Part shown: in pieces, positions 63,220 through 64,000 of the stretch
Layout of the letters: the number at the start of each line of letters is the position of its first letter
Numbering within the stretch: the first letter of the stretch is position 1
Assembly (NCBI GenBank): GCA_024679065.1
Contig: JAGIQG010000013.1
Location: 19,220,001 to 19,284,000, forward strand
DNA length: 64,000 bases
From: Sphyrna mokarran
Lineage: Eukaryota
Direction: 5' to 3'
The notes under the pieces: generated by a model
What the model was told of the DNA's origin: nothing
Seen by the model: only the letters and a program-made list of their open reading frames with translations
The model's database searches: none
Made by a program: the position numbers and the translations under genes

Positions 63220-63430
63220 AATGTTAACAGCTTCTTCCCTGCTGCTGTCAGACTTTCGAATAGAACTACCTTGCATTAAGTGGATCTTTCCCTACAGCCT
63301 AGCTACAACTGTAACACTACATTCTGCACTGTCTCCTTTCGTTCTCTACGAACAGTATGCTTTGTCTTTATAGTGCACAAAAACAATACTTTTCACTGCA
63401 AGTGGCAATAGTACATTAAATCAAAAAAAT
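63220..63430 (+). mobile_element. Rex1/Babar-type 3' UTR fragment
   Basis: AACAGCTTCTTCCCTGCTGCTGTCAGACTTT..GTAACACTACATTCTGCACT. Confidence 0.75.
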
Positions 63431-63499
63431 CAAAAACATTAAACATAAAGAGAAAGCATACTATTGCCCAAAGTTGGGTGGCAAGTCAGAAAGTGAAGC

Positions 63500-63865
63500 A
63501 GAATACAAAATAAACTAATGTGTAAAAGGTTAATATGAGGAACAGCTAGCTAGAAGTATAAAGATAGAGTGTTGAAATTATTTAAAAGAGAAACAAGTTA
63601 TGAAGTGAGCATTGGTCTTATAGAATGTCAGTCTGGGGAATTAATGGAAAATGAGGAGATGGCAGATGACAGACTGGAACAGGTATTTTGCACCAGCCTT
63701 CACTGTGGAAGAAAGAAGTAACATCCCAGAATTAGCTGCAAATCAGGAATTGGAAGGGGGTGAGGAAATTAGGAAAATCACAATCACCAGGGAAGCAGTA
63801 CTTAGAAAATTACAGGGTCTGTGGGCTGACAAGTCCCTGGGTCCTGCACTCTATCCCCGTGCATT
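63500..63865 (+). mobile_element. CR1 ORF2 linker fragment
   Basis: NRYFAPAFTVEE..ITITREAVLRKLQGLWADKSLGP..YPR. Confidence 0.8.
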
Positions 63866-64000
63866 TCTAAAGGGCATTTTGTTTCTCCCAGGTCACAAGA
63901 TGCAAAGCTGAACAGTCTTCCATGGCCCATTGAGATCTCCCATTACAGGCGAGCAATTCTGACAATTGGTTTTGAACTGTCGGGCAGCTTCCCCCCTTTG

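Noticed and set aside
1-64000. tRNA-like A/B boxes and regularly recurring repeats (tRNA genes, CRISPR-like arrays)
   Set aside because: They are SINE heads followed by SINE cores, dispersed and diverged; no full cloverleaf or repeat-spacer array, and the DNA is vertebrate.

Overview
Eukaryotic, AT-rich, repeat-dense vertebrate DNA. The repeat content (CR1-type LINEs, many tRNA-derived HE1/V-SINE-like SINEs, Rex1/Babar tails, Penelope-like and Harbinger remnants) points to a cartilaginous fish (inference). One intact, spliced host gene can be assembled by eye on the minus strand (CDS 48486->39757, 5 coding exons, all introns phase 1, 345 aa). It encodes a signal peptide, a germline-joined V domain, an Ig C1-set domain, an uncharged TM and a tail with Tyr motifs. 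The V domain has CD28/CTLA-4/CD28H(TMIGD2)-like hallmarks (second C'-C'' cysteine pair, PPP in the FG loop), but those receptors are single-V proteins, so a CD28-like V fused to an antigen-receptor-type C1 domain is the main discovery candidate. The gene has a compact ETS/CRE/TCF/RUNX-like promoter and sequence features that could give secreted isoforms. Other notable items: a 621-bp apparently perfect inverted duplication with template-switch junctions, a CR1 whose ORF1 SGNH esterase has lost its catalytic residues, a Gypsy gag-protease remnant next to an LTR-like unit, and a TIR/TSD-bounded Harbinger-type MITE. Repeat boundaries are by-eye estimates.
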